The notes under the pieces: model-generated | Told to the model about the DNA's origin: nothing | Databases searched by the model: none | What the model saw: the letters and a program-made list of their open reading frames with translations, nothing else | In this document: positions 22,733 through 35,938 of the stretch, one piece after another | Numbering within the stretch: the stretch's first letter is position 1 | How the letters are laid out: each line of letters opens with the position of its first letter | Assembly: GCA_051313645.2 (NCBI GenBank) | Contig: JBNRSN020000007.1 | Span: 100,006,001 to 100,070,000 of the forward strand | Direction of reading: 5' to 3' | DNA length: 64,000 nucleotides | Origin: Centroscyllium fabricii | Taxonomy: Eukaryota | Position numbers and translations under genes: made by a program

Positions 22733-23347
22733 ATTGTGTTCGCCTAATCCGTTCTTATAAATCTCAAAACATCAAAAGGCTGCAACTACTTACAGTATAT
22801 GGGATATGTCATTTGATACATAAGCGGTAGAGATTAAGGAGGAAACTGGCGCAGTTACCTTTGAATCCCCATGAATACCACAACATTCTTTAATAGAAAT
22901 AATCAAGTAAGTGGAGCATTGGACTTCCTACAGGTGTTTTGGTAATTTTTTTTAAAATCTGAGTGATGTTACTTTACACATACACCCTACAACAAATGGA
23001 TTGAACCTTCATATATACGGTATGATCCACTCATTTGATGACTTGGAGTTCCATACTTAAATTTTGAGATAAGTCGACACTGACCTAATGAGCATTGAAA
23101 CGAGATTTGCAGCAATGGCACTATGTTGGTTTGGCAATAAGTTGACAAACAAAGTAGATACTATATTTGCTCCAGTTGGGTATTCATGCTTTTAATCTCA
23201 GTATTTATTAATAAATAAGAGCAGCAAGTCATCCCCAATATAACTGCTGTTTTCTGTGTCCAAGGTATATTACTGCGATGACCCCTCCCCTCAAGCACTG
23301 AAGATCTCCCCCAAAAAATAGAACACCCACTGCAAAAAAGTTCCTAC

Positions 23348-23447
23348 TTGTAAGCCTTTTCCACAGCATCAGGACGATTGCAGGCTGCCACCAACACATA
23401 CACAGTGTCTGTTGGAATACCACATGCACCTCCATTTTTCATAATCT
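23348..23447 (-). CDS. Host gene exon 4 (YrdC start): (E)IMKNGGACGIPTDTVYVLVAACNRPDAVEKAY
   Basis: cag|AG...AA|gtagga, 100 nt, phase 1-2; PTDTVY is the YrdC/Sua5 PT(D/E)TVY signature. Confidence 0.93.
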
Positions 23448-24276
23448 CTGCAGAAATAAGTTATAAAATAAAGAAAACCCATCACAAAGCTGGAAAACAC
23501 TGAGGAGTAAGTGTCTTATCAAAGTACAATTCTTACATTTTTTTTGGACAAGCTGATTGTAAGGTGTTCTGAATGAAGGTTATGAAGGGAATTGGCAAGG
23601 CTAATGCTGGTAAATTGATCACTACGGTGAAAAGGTGCTAACTACCAGGAGGCACAGTGAAAAGTTAAGAAGCTAGGTGAAAGAATGAAAATCAGGCAAA
23701 ATGTTGATGGACAGAATCAGAGATTAGAAGGAAGCCATTGACCCATCACACCTGGGCCAATGCAAACTGTTCAACTGGAGCTATCTACTCTAATCCTATT
23801 TACTTGCCCATTCCTCATATCCTTTCATATTCTTCCTTTTCAAATACATATCTAATTACCTCTTCAATGTTATGGACACAGTGTGCTACACATTTCATGT
23901 TCCACCATCCCCCTTCATTCTTCGAGTGATAGTCCTGAGTCTATGTCCCCTGGTTATCAATTTGACAACAAATGGAAACAACCTTTCATTATTTTCATAG
24001 AATCATAGAATCATAGAAACTTTACAGTTTTATTTATTATTTTTTAATTATTTATTAATTTTCTATTAATAATGTTGAAAACCTCTATTACAACTGCCTC
24101 CTAACCCATTTTTTCAGTGCAAAAAGCCCATATGTTCAAGCTTTTCTTCATAACTATTACCTCTTGTAATTCTAGTAAATCTTCTCTGTATCCTTTCAAT
24201 TACTCTCATATCCTGCCTATTCATATAGCTGCATGGGTTCCTTTAACTGTGGCATAACCATTGTCTTGTAATGTAA

Positions 24277-25210
24277 TGTCTCCACGTTTGCAGATGACAC
24301 AAAGCTGGGAGGGCATGTGTGCTGCGAGGAGGATACCAGGAAGCTCCAGGATGATTTGGACAGGTTGGGCGAGTGGGCTGAGACATGGCAGATGCAGCAT
24401 AATGTGGATAAATGCGAGGTTATCCACTTTGGGGGCAAAAGCAGAAATGCCGACTACTATCTGAATGGCAACAGATTGGGAGAAGGGGAAATGCAACGAG
24501 ACCTGAGTGTCCTTGTGCACCAGTCACTGAAGGTAAGCATGCAGGTGCAGCAGGCGGTTAAGAAGGCAAATGGTATGTTGGCCTTCATAGCGAAAGGGTT
24601 CGAGTACAGGAACAGGGAGGTCTTGCTGCAGTTGTACAGGGCCTTGGTGAGACCACACCTTGAGTACTGTGTGCAATTTTGGGATCCTCATCTAAGGAAG
24701 GATGTTCTTGCCATGGAGGGAGTGCAGAGAAGATTCACCAGGCTGATACCTGGGGTGGCAGAAATGACGTATGAGGAGAGACTGGGTAGACTGGGTTTGT
24801 ACTCTCTGGAGTTTAGAAGATTGAGAGGGGATTTCATTGAAACGTATAAAATTCTAACTGGTCTGGACAAACTTGAAGAATGTTCCCGATGATCGGAGAG
24901 TCCAGAACCAGAGGTCATAGTCTAAGGATAAGGGATAGCTCATTTAGGACAGAGATGAGGAGGAATTTCTTCACCCAGAGAGTGGTGAACCTGTGGAATT
25001 CTCTGCCACAGAGGGCAGTGGAGGCTGGTTCATTGAATATATTCAAGAAGGAGCTGGATGTATTTCTCAAGGCTAGAGGGATCAAGGGATATGGGGAGAA
25101 GGCAGGGACAGGGTACTGAGTTTGGATGATCAGCCATGATCTCATTAAGTGGCGGAGCAGGCTCGAGGGGCCGAATAGCCTACTCCTGCTCCTATCTTCT
25201 ATGTTTCTGT
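24277..25210 (+). mobile_element. CR1 LINE 3' portion (RT FADD to 3' tail)
   Basis: FADDTKLGG, ORFs 24317-24892 and 24880-25119, tail TTCTATGTTTCT. Confidence 0.92.
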
Positions 25211-25937
25211 GTTTGTACAAACGTAACATCACTTCCTTGCTTTTATATTCAATGTCCAATGTCTAATATTTCAGTTGCCTTTTAATGGCCTCTTCTACCC
25301 TCCCTCCCACCTTTACAGATCTATGTATCTGCATGCCTAGCTCTCTTTGTTCCTCCACTCTTAAGAATCCAACCATTTAGGGTATTTTTCTTTCACTGTT
25401 CTTTTCCCAAAATGTACTACTTCACATTTCTGTGCACTCAATAACATCTCCCATATAACTTTCCACCCTGCTAACCTGTGCGTTTTCTGTAATCTTTCTT
25501 ACATTTTACCAAGACCCTAATTTGGTATCAACAATAAACTCAGATTTCATTTCTCTTATATCAATTATATGAAAGTTAATAGATTTGTAAAGTTCCCAGG
25601 GAAAGTAGGTTCAAGAGACAACTGGATACCTTTATGGAAGGTGTTTTTAGTGTTCCTAATAATTGTTATGATCCTATATTATTATTTTATGATTTCAAAT
25701 ATATTAGGAAACACACCAAATGTAAAGCAGATTTAAAACTAACAACCTAGTAATTAAGTTTAAGTAATTGTTTTTTTCAGAATACAGCTACCTGCCTTAG
25801 AGGTTTAATTTGAGGAATATCAGTGCAGAAAAGAATCTTGTAATATAGGTTCCACTGTTTATCCTTAAAGATAACACAAAAATGAATTGACAGAGTTTGT
25901 ACTTTACATTTTTCTTAAGTGTTCTGCTAAATCTTAC

Positions 25938-27620
25938 CTGCAATTTTTCTGACTGATGTGGCTTTTCTTGAAGGCAAATGAGGGCACATAGCGCTGCCCT
26001 GCCCAAACCCACACAGGTTCGCCCAGGCATGTCCCATGGGCAACTGGGGGCTCTCAAAGCTCTGGTTAAAGAGGGAGGCCAAAAAGCAGTAAAAACTAAC
26101 CAAACCAAAAATGATGGTGACCCCAATATCATATCCGAAAGGATTTGAATTTATGGCATCCAATAGAAAGCTGATCAGGATCAACTGAAAGCTGAGAGAG
26201 AAGGCAAACCACACTATGTTAAGAAAGATAGTCCCGATCACCACAAAGCAATTAAAAAGCAGGAAGCAAATAATCCCGACAGCAATACCAAACCCCCTAG
26301 TGGAACCATAGAGCCCACCGTATCTGGTCAAACCCCAGATTATCCATATTAGACCATATAGAATGAAAGCACAACTTTCCAAGGTTTTACCCCGAGAAAA
26401 CGAGATTGAACCACACAGAATCTGCAGGACTCCCCCAGGAATGACGATCCAGGGCAGGACCACAGTGGCTAAAGGAGCAGAAGCATTGACGGATACAGTG
26501 ATGGCAAAGGCAGCCACAACGTTACAGGCATGAGCGAGAATCTCAGCGTCTGAATATCTGGAGTAGCCCAAATAAGGGCTGTGGGTGTCTTTGCCTGACT
26601 TCAGAGTTAATATATTCATTCTAATGAGTAAACCCTTTACGCTCCCTTGTCCAGTGGGAATAGTGAAGGACCCAAAACTATTGAAAAGGGAAATTAAAGT
26701 TAAGCAAGCAGATGCCACAAATATGGCCACACTGACACCTTGTGCACCACCATGAAAAAATCCAGTGGGGTGAGCTGCCACTGCTATACAGTAGGAAACA
26801 AAAAAAAGCAAATAAGCTCCATCAACAAGGCTTTTACTAGTCATAAACAGAGCCAGAATGAAAAAAAGGACAGCAAGGACAATAGGGACTGGAACTGGAA
26901 AGAAGGGTTGGTTGTCTTGCCAGAGCTTGTAAAGAAAAGCATAGCCCTCTGCAAATTTTAATATAGAGGTAAAACCAAAGAATGTAGCAGTCAGGCTGTC
27001 AATGGCTCTATAAGACAAAACACAAACACCAATTTGATAGACAGCTGCTGTCCACAGCCAGGGGACCTGGCCAACAAACAGACTGGAAGTTACACCTAAA
27101 ACCTGGCATCCTAACACACTGGCAGATAGCATGTTTGTAATGTACCCCAGAGCCACTGTGTCATTTGTGAAGAGGTTCTGGGGCTCAGATTTCAGATGGG
27201 AATTATTCTTGGACAAATCAGTCCCTGGGAGAATGAGTTTTCCTTTACTTAAGGAGGCAGAAACACGGCCCAACCCAAAGTAAAGCCCTATAAAGGAAAC
27301 AATCAAATAATTTGAAGCTACTGCAGAATGACCAAAAGATTGATCATATAATGCGGCAATTTCATGGGCGGTAGCAAGAGAGATAGCAAAAGCAATCATA
27401 GCCAGAATCACTTCCTTTTGGATTAACCCCACCACCCCGATGATGAAGAGCCCCAAGACGAAAGCTGAGTAACCAGGGACCAGTGCATTCCTGATCCCAT
27501 CATCTTGAACTATCTTCTCCCCGATCAAGATATGGATAAGGCCGGATCCACACCAGAGAGCTGACACGGTCAGGCACAGGTTCACAAATAACATAGCATG
27601 ACTTGAAGACTTTCTTACAC
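25938..27620 (-). CDS. Host gene exon 3: large multi-pass membrane region of SatP/YaaH (GPR1/FUN34)-like repeats
   Basis: 1683-nt open exon, cag|GT...GCAG|gtaag, phase 1-1; many hydrophobic helices; GGVLQILCGSISFSRGKTLESCAFILYGLIW and FYCFLASLFNQSFESPQLPMG resemble SatP segments. Confidence 0.93.
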
Positions 27621-27970
27621 CTGCAGAAAAACCAACCAGAAAAAAATCAATAGTAAAGGAGTCTGCATAGGCTTCATACCCATACATATACACACACATT
27701 GAGTTACATTGAATGTATAGCACACAAAGAGGTCATTCACCCCAACAAGTCTATGCTGGCGTTTATGCTCCACACAAGCCTCCTCCCACCCTTCTTCATC
27801 TAACCCTATCAGCTTCTATTCCTTTCTCCCTCATGTGCTTTTATAGCTTCCCCTAAAATGCATCTATGCTGCTGGCCTCATCTACTCCTTGTGGTAGAGC
27901 GTTCCACATTCTTACCACTCTTTGGGTGAAGAGGTTTCTCCTGAATTCCCTATTGGATTTATTAGTCATG

Positions 27971-28671
27971 ATGTGGAGGTGCCGGTGTTGGACTGGGGTG
28001 GACAATTGCAAGAAGTCACACAACACCAGGTTATAGTCCAACAGTTTTATTTTAAATCACAAGCTTTCGGAGCTTCTGCCCCTTCGTCAGGTGAAAGAGA
28101 AGCTGACTTAAAGAACGCACATATGGGAGGACGAGAGAAATCTGATCTCCCACATCTCACCTTAGCAGAGATAGACAGAGCACAGAAAGGCGTATTAACA
28201 TATTTTAACACATCAGTCTGAGATCAATGAGGCACAGTCACAAGGGGTCAAATGCTGCAAAACACACAGAATGATTTAAAAAAAAAGGAATTTCCTTACA
28301 AGACAAAGATGTCTCTCGTCTGGATGACTCTACGTCAGGCAGGGTCACATGTAGCGTGACATGAAGCCAATATCTTGTCTTGTAAGGAAATTCCTTTTTT
28401 TTTATCATTCTGTGTGTTTTGCAGCATTTGACCCCTTGTGACTGTGCCTCATTGATCTCAGACTGATGTGTTAAAATATGTTAATACGCCTTTGTGTGCT
28501 CTGTCTATCTCTGCTAAGGTGAGATGTGGGAGATCAGATTTCTCTCTTCCTCCCATATGTGCGTTCTTTAAGTCAGCTTCTCTTTCACCTGATGAAGGGG
28601 CAGAAGCTCCGAAAGCTTGTGATTTAAAGTAAAACTGTTGGACTATAACCTGGTGTTGTGTGACTTCTTGC
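27971..28671. mobile_element. Penelope-like inverted (hairpin) insertion within a minus-strand CR1 fragment
   Basis: About 300-bp inverted arms with a short spacer; hammerhead core in each arm; ATTTATTAGT duplicated on both flanks. Confidence 0.8.
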
Positions 28672-28780
28672 ATTTATTAGTGACTATCTTATATTTATGA
28701 CCTTTAGCTTTGGATTCCCCCACAAGTGGAAACATTTTCTCTACGTCTACCCTATCAAACTCTTTCATTATCTTAAAACT

Positions 28781-31700
28781 TTATAAAGTTTAGAAGGTCT
28801 TAATTTTTTTTGTGGTTATAGTTTCTAGTGCTAGTAACCAAGTAGATCATTTAATTGGTGGTATTGATTTGATTTAACTTAAATAAAACAGTAAGTCATG
28901 GCAGGAGAGCTCCGTCCCGTGGTATGCTTGTCCTGCGCTATGTGGGAAATCAGGGACACTTCCTGTGTCCCTGATGACCATGTGTGCAGGAAGTGTATCC
29001 AGCTGCAGCTACTGACAGACCGCATTGCGGCACTGGAGCTGCGAATGGATACATTCTGGAGGATTCGTGATTCTGAGGGCGTTGTGGAAAGCACGTTTAA
29101 TGAGTTGGTCACACTGCAGGTAAACGCTGCACAGGCAGGGGGAGAATGGGTGACCACCAGGCAGAGTAGAAGGTGCAGGCAGGTAGTGCAGGGGTCCCCT
29201 GTGACCATCATCCTCACAAACAGATACAGCGCTTTGGATATTGGTGAAGGAGATGGCTTATCAGAGGAAGGCAGCAGCAGCCAACTTTCTGGCAAAGGAC
29301 GGGAAGAAAAGGAGTGGGCGAGCTATAGTGATAGGGGATTCTATTGTAAGGGCAATAGACAGGTGTTTCTGCGGCTGCAAACGAGACTGCAGGATGGTGT
29401 GTTGCCTCCCTGGTGCAAGGGTCAAGGATGTCTCAGAGCGGCTGCAGAACATTTTGGAAGGAGAGGGTGAACAGCCAGTTGCCATGGTGTAACAACGATA
29501 TTGGTAAAAAATGGGATGAGGTCCTAAAAGTTGAATATGGGGATTTAGGAGGTAAATTAAAAAATAGGACCTCAAAGGTAGTAATCTTAGGATTGCTACC
29601 AGTGCCACGTGCTAGTCAGAGTAGAAATAGAAGGATATTTCAGATGAATACATGGCTAGAGGAATGGTGCAAGGGGGAGGGATTCAAATTCTTGGGACAT
29701 TGGAACCGGTTCTGGGGGAGGTGGGACTAGTTCAAACTGGATGATCTGCACCTGGGCAGGGCCAGGACCGATGTCCAAGGGGGAGTGTTTGCTAGTGCTC
29801 TGGGGGAAGGTTCAAACTAAAATGGCAGGGGGTTAGGTACCTGAGCAGGAAGACAGAGGAAAGGGAAACAAGGATAAAATCAAAAGACAGGAAGGAGAAA
29901 AACAAAAGTGGCAGTCAGAGAAATCAAGGGTTTAAATCAAACATGGCCACTGTAAATGATAATTCTAAAAGGTCTAAGAGCATTACAAAAACAAACCTGA
30001 AGGCTTTGTGTCTTAATGCGAGGAACATTTGTAATAAGGTGGATGACTTAGCCGTGCAAATAGAGGTAAACAAATATGATATGATTGGGATTACGGAAAC
30101 ATGGCTCCAGGATGACCAAGGCTGGGAACTCAACATCCAGGGGTATTCAATATTCAGCAAAGATAGGCAAAAAGGAAAAGGTGGTGGGTAGTATTGCTGG
30201 TTAAAGAGGGGATTAACACAATTGTAAGGAAGGATATTAGCACTGAGGATGTGGAATCTGTATGGGTAGAACTAAGAAATACTAAGGGGCAGAAAATGTT
30301 AGTGGGAGTGGTATATAGACCTCCAAACAGTAATATGGAGGTTGGGGATGGCATTAAAAGGGAAATTAGAGACGTGTGCAATAAGGGCACAACAGTTATC
30401 ATGGGTGACTTTAATCTACATATAGATTGGGCTAACCAAATTAGTAACAATACTGTGGAGGAGGAATTCATAGAGTGTATATGGGATGGTTTCCTGGACC
30501 AATATGTCGAGGAACCAACTAGAGATCAGGCCATCTTGGACCGGGTATTATGTAATGAGAAAGGATTATTTAGCAATCTTGTTGTGCAAGGCCCCTTGGG
30601 TCTGAGCGATCATAATATGATAGCATTCTTCATTAAGATGGAGAGTGAACTAGTTGACTCAGAGACTAGGGTCCTGAATTTAAATAAAGGAAACTATGAT
30701 GGTATGAGGCACGAGTTGGGTAGGATTGATTGGGGAATGTCATTCAAAGGGTTGACAGTGGATAGGCAATGGCAAACATTCAACGATCGCATGGATGAAC
30801 AACAGAAGTTGTTCATCCCAGTTTGGCATAAAAATAAAACAAAAAAGGTGACTCAACCGTGGCCAACAAGGGAAATTAGGGATAGCATGAGATCCAAGGA
30901 GAGGGCATATAAATTGGCCAGAAAAAGCAGTAAACCTGAGGATTGGGAGCAGTTTAGGATTCAACAAAGGAAGACAAAGGGATTAATTAAGAGGGGGAAA
31001 ATAGATTATGAGAGTAGGCTTGCAGGAAACATAAAAACTGACTGTAAAAGCTTCTATAGGCATGTGAAGAGAAAAAGATTGGTGAAGTCAAACGTAGGTC
31101 CTTTGTAGTCAGAATCAGGGGAATTTATAATGGAGAACAAAGAAATGGAAGACCAATTAAATACATACTTTGGTTCTGTCTTCATAAAGGAGGACACATA
31201 TATCCTCCCAGAGTTGTCGGGGAACACAGGGTCTAATGAAAGGGAGGAACGGAAAGAAATCAGTATTTGTAGGGAAATGGTGTTAGGGAAATTGATGGGA
31301 TTGAAGGCTGATAAATTCCCAGGGCCTGATAATCTTCATCCTAGGGTACTTAAGGAAGTGGCCCTAGAAATAGTAGATGTATTGCTGGTCATCTTCCAAA
31401 ATTCGATAGACTCTGGAACAGTACCCATGGATTGAAGGGTAGCTAATGTTACCCCACTATTCAAAAAAGGTGGTCGAGAGAAAACGGGGCATTACAGGCC
31501 GGTAAGCCTGACATCGGTAGTGGGGAAAATGCTAGAGTTCATTATAAAAGATGTAATAGCAGAGCACTTGGATTTACAAAGGGTAAATTGTGCTGGTCTA
31601 ATCTACTGGAATTTTTTGAGGATGTAACTGGTAAAATAAATAAGGGAGAACCAGTGGATGTAGTGTATTTGGACTTTCTAAAGGCGTTCGATAAGGTCAC

Positions 31701-32828
31701 GCAGAAGAGATTAGTGTGTAAAGTTAAGGCACATGGGATTGGGGACAAGGTACTGACTTGGATAGAGAACTGGTTAGCAGACAGAAAGCAAAGAGTTGGA
31801 ATAAACGGGTCTTTTTCCGAGTGGCAGGCAGTGACTAGTGGGGTAGCGCAAGGATTGGTCCTTGGATCCCAACTATTCACAATATATATTAATGATCTAG
31901 ACGTGGGAACTAGATGTAATATCTCCAAGTTTACAGATGACACAAAGCTGGGTGGGTGTGTGTGCTGTGAGGAGGATGCTGAGAAACTCCAGTATAATTT
32001 GGACAGGTTGGGTGATTGGACAGAAGCATGGCAGATGCAATACAATGTGGATAAATGCGAGGTTATCCACTTTGGTGTCAAAAACAGGAAGGCAGATTAT
32101 TATCTGAATGGCAATAGATTGGGAGAAGGGGCAGTGCAAGGTCGCTGAAGGTAATCATGCAGGTGCAGCAGGTGGTTAAGAAGGCAAATGGTATGTTGGC
32201 CTTCGTAGCGAGAGGGTTTGAGTACAGGAACAAGGATGTCTTGCCACAGTTGTACAGGGCCTTGGTGAGACCACATCTTGAGTACTGTGTGCAGTTTTGG
32301 TCGCCTTATCTGACGAAGGATGTTCTTGCCATGGAGGGAGTGCAGCGAAGATTCACCAGACTGATACCTGGGATGGCAGGAATGATGTATGAGGCGAGAT
32401 TGGGTCGATTGGGCTTATACTCGCTGGAGTTTAGAACAATGAGAGGGGATCTCATTGAAACCTATAAAATTCTGAAAGGACTGGACAGACTAGATGCAGG
32501 AAGGATGTTCCTGATGGTCGGACAGTCCAGAACCATGGGTCACAGTCTAAGGATAAGGGGAAATCCATTTAGGACAGAGACGAGGAGGAATTTCTTCACC
32601 CAGAGAGTGGTGAACCTGTGGAATTCTCTACCACAGAAGACCGTAGAGGCCAATTCATTAAATATACTCAAGAAGGAGTTAGATATATTTCTTAAGGCCA
32701 TAGGGATCAAGGGATATGGAGAGAAGGCAGGAACAGGGTACTGAATTTGGATGATCAGCCATGATCTCACAGAATGGTGGAGCAGGCTCGAGGGGCCAAA
32801 TGGCCTACTCCTGCTCCTATCTTCTATG
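28781..32828 (+). mobile_element. Near full-length degenerate CR1 LINE
   Basis: ORF1 from 28898 (CxxC finger, SGNH esterase GDSIVR); ORF2 with APE endonuclease (ITETW, MGDFN, SDHN) and RT, broken by stops and frameshifts; 3' tail. Confidence 0.95.
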
Positions 32829-33085
32829 ATGTGGAGGTCCCGGTGTTGGACTGGGGTGGACAATTGTAAGAAGTCACACAACACCAGGTTATAGTCCAAC
32901 AGTTTTATTTGAAATCACAAGCTTTCGGAGCGCTGCTCCTTCGTCAGGTGAAGTGAAGAGATGCATATATATTCTGTGCCTATGTGTATCTCTCCACTTC
33001 ACCTGACGAAGGAGCAGCGCTCCGAAAGCTTGTGATTTCAAATAAAACTGTTGGACTATAACCTGGTGTTGTGTGACTTCTTACA
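32829..33085. mobile_element. Penelope-like hairpin insertion at the CR1 3' tail
   Basis: Same terminal sequence as 27971; near-perfect inverted arms. Confidence 0.8.
33000..33034 (+). ncRNA. Minimal type I hammerhead ribozyme motif (Penelope-associated)
   Basis: CAC-CTGACGA-A-GGAGC-AGC-GCTCC-GAAA-GCTT-GTG: core boxes, stem II, stem I CAC/GTG, palindromic AAGCTT. Confidence 0.65.
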
Positions 33086-33099
33086 TCTATGTTTCTAAA

Positions 33100-33790
33100 A
33101 GACCTCTATCAGGTTACTCCTCTTTTCTGGAGAAAAGAGCCCCAGCCTTTTCAGCTTTTACTGATAAGTATATCCTCTCCACTCTGGTATCATCCTTGTG
33201 AATCTTTTTTGCAGCTTCTCCAATGTCTCTATATTCTTTTAATAATATGGAGGCCAGAACTGAGCACACTATTCCAAGTGTGGTCTAACCAAATTTCGAA
33301 GCAAGTTTAACATAACTTTTTTGTTTTTCAGTTCTAGCCCTCCAGAAATGAACCCCAGTGCGTGGCTTGCTGTTTTTGTGGCCTTATTAACCTGTGTCAC
33401 CACTTTTAGTGATTTATGTAACTGATCCCTTTTCTTCTCTACCACATTCAGGCTCTTATTATCCTAGCAGTACGTGGCCTTCTTATTCTTCCTACCAAAA
33501 TGCACCACCTCACACTTGCCTATATTGAAATGAGTTTGCCAATTACATGTTCATCTGGAAGCTTATTAATGTCTTCCTGTTGCATTCTTCCTTTGTGTTA
33601 ATTATACCTCACAATTTCGTGTCAACCGCAAATTTTGATATTGTACTTCCAATTACCGAGTCCAAATCATTAATGTAAATTGTGAACAATTGTGGTCCCA
33701 TCAATGATCCCTGTGGAACACCACTTCCCACCTATGTTAGTCTGTGTAGTTATCCTTAACCCCTACTCTCTTTTCTAATTTGTAGCCAGC
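33100..33790 (-). mobile_element. Old CR1 RT fragment
   Basis: Reverse strand gives FAVDTK and degenerate RPHLE..QFWPP motifs; boundaries approximate. Confidence 0.7.
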
Positions 33791-33857
33791 GCGCACACAA
33801 ACACGGACATATGTCTTTAATGGGCCCACATTCCACTTTATCACTCGGGTTCTTAAT

Positions 33858-35353
33858 GGTGCAGAAATTCGGGTCCCAACGCCCGAGTACGCGCTGGGTG
33901 CTCACGCATAGGCACATCTAAAGTGCCGGTTTCGTGCATGCACAGTGCATGCGCGCGAAACCGGCAGTTGCGATCCCCTGACATAAGGGTTCAGAGGTCG
34001 GAACGCGTGCGCGGGAGCGGCAGCGCGTGCGCAATGCACTTCCGATTTCTTTATAAGATTCTGTGTCCGGGTAAGTATGAAAAAGTTACGGCTGATATTT
34101 TAATATCCAAAGACAGGTTTTAACAAGGTAAGTGGTGAATTAATTCAAATTAAAAAAAAAATTCCACAGGTTTATTATTTTTAAATACTTTAAAGAAAGG
34201 TAAGTTTATTTTTAGCCCCATCAGAAAAAATTATTCATTTTTTCAAAAATTTAAATTATTGGCCCAGAAATTCGGGGCCCAACGTGTGGGCCCATCGGAA
34301 TTGCCGGTTTCCGGCATGCACCACGCATGCGCGCGAAACTGGCAATTCCAATCCAGGGACAGAAGGGGTCAGATGTCTGAGCGCGTTTGTGTGTGCGCCA
34401 GGGGGTGCGCAATGCACTTCCGATTTTTTCACGGGTTTGTATCAGGGTAAGTATTTGAAAAATTTATGGTTAAAATTTTCAAGCACAAAGAGTGGATTTC
34501 ATCAGGTAATTCTTTATTTTATTCAATTTAAACATTTTTTTCCACAGGTTTTTCATTTTTCAATAATTTAAAGAAAGGTAAGTTGTTTTTAGACCCGTTA
34601 AATACTTTATTTATTTTTTTCAAAATTTTTATTTTTTGTTTAAAATAGCTAATTTATGTGATTGATAGTAATTAAAAAAAATGTGATTTAAAAAAAAAAA
34701 TATTTTAAGATTTAGTGTGGTTTTGGGGCTGCAGTAATTCATAAGTTTGACAGGTCTTCCTGTCAAACTCATGAATGGAGCATTCTTTGGCTCCCCGCAG
34801 ACCACGTGATCCCATGCGGAGCCTCGCACTAACTCCGACGTTCAGAGGCACCAGCGCGGCGCGCCGGCCTCTCAGCAGGGCTTAGGATCGGGATTACAAG
34901 CGGGTGGAATCGGAAACGGCAGGCGCGCTCCGTAAGTGTGGGTTGGAGGCTTGCACTCGTGGGAAGCCTCCAACCTGAATTTTTGGGCCATTGTTTAAAA
35001 TAGTTATTTAATGTAATTGATAGTTATTTTTTAAAAAAGTGATGTTTTTTAAAATTTATTTGAAGATTTAGTGATGATTTGGGGTTGTAGTTTTCATACT
35101 TTTGACAGGTCCTGCTGTCAAACTTATGAATGGAGCATTTTGTGCTCCGATTGGCTCTCTATGGCCCACGTGATCCCACGCGATCCATCACACTAACTGC
35201 GCCGCTGGGATACGTGAACACAGCGCGCCGGCATTTGGAGGAGGCCCCGCATCGGAATTCCACGCGGGCCCACAGCTCAACGACCGGCGCGCTAGGTAAG
35301 TGCAGGTTGGAGGCTTATACACACGGGAAGCCTCCAACCCGAATTTATGGGCC
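33858..35353. mobile_element. Harbinger-type MITE (outer copy)
   Basis: Termini GGTGCAGAAATTCGG...CCGAATTTATGGGCC, TSD AAT. Confidence 0.75.
34261..34989. mobile_element. Harbinger-type MITE of the same family nested in the outer copy
   Basis: Termini GGCCCAGAAATTC...GAATTTTTGGGCC, TSD ATT; internal sequence parallels the outer copy. Confidence 0.8.
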
Positions 35354-35938
35354 AATATATTTATAAAACCTTATACTGTTAGCTTTCATATCCTTTGCAA
35401 GTTTTTTTTTCGTATTCCCTTTTTCTTTATTTCTTTGCATCTCTTTGTTGCTTTTTATAGTTCTCCCAGTCTGAAAGATTTGAACTTTTTCTTGATTTTG
35501 TGCAAGCCTTTTCTTTGAGTTTGGTGCTGTCTGTTACCTCATTTGTTGACCATAGTTGCTCAACAACAGGAGTAGAGTGGTTGCCTTTTAGGGGTACACA
35601 CTGCTTTTGTATTGTACCAAATACTTCATTTCATTTCTTATCCCTTCGAAGTTTGCCTTACTTAAACTTAAAATCTTAGTTTGTGACTCCCATTTCTGCC
35701 TTTCAAATTCAATATCAAATTTAATCATATTCTGGTCACTATTTGCAAGATGTTTCATTACTGTCAGATTGTTAACTAATTCTGGTTCATTACTCATCAC
35801 TAAATCTGGTATTATCCTTTCTTATCTTCCTCCATTGTGTGCATGAGATCCTTTGCCGTTTGTTGCTGTCTTTGTCTATCCACTGTTTAGCATTTTATTC
35901 CATTTAGGATTAGTTTCCCCAACACTTGTACACATACA

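Noticed and set aside
8370-23447. Naming the host gene YRDC
   Set aside because: Canonical YRDC is a small soluble protein with intact KxR and PGP motifs; this is a distinct fused paralogue, so no symbol is assigned
27621-27723. N-terminal 34 aa of the 598-aa ORF (MLYIQCNSM...)
   Set aside because: It lies upstream of a clear splice acceptor at 27621-27622 and is intronic; exons 1-2 supply the N-terminus
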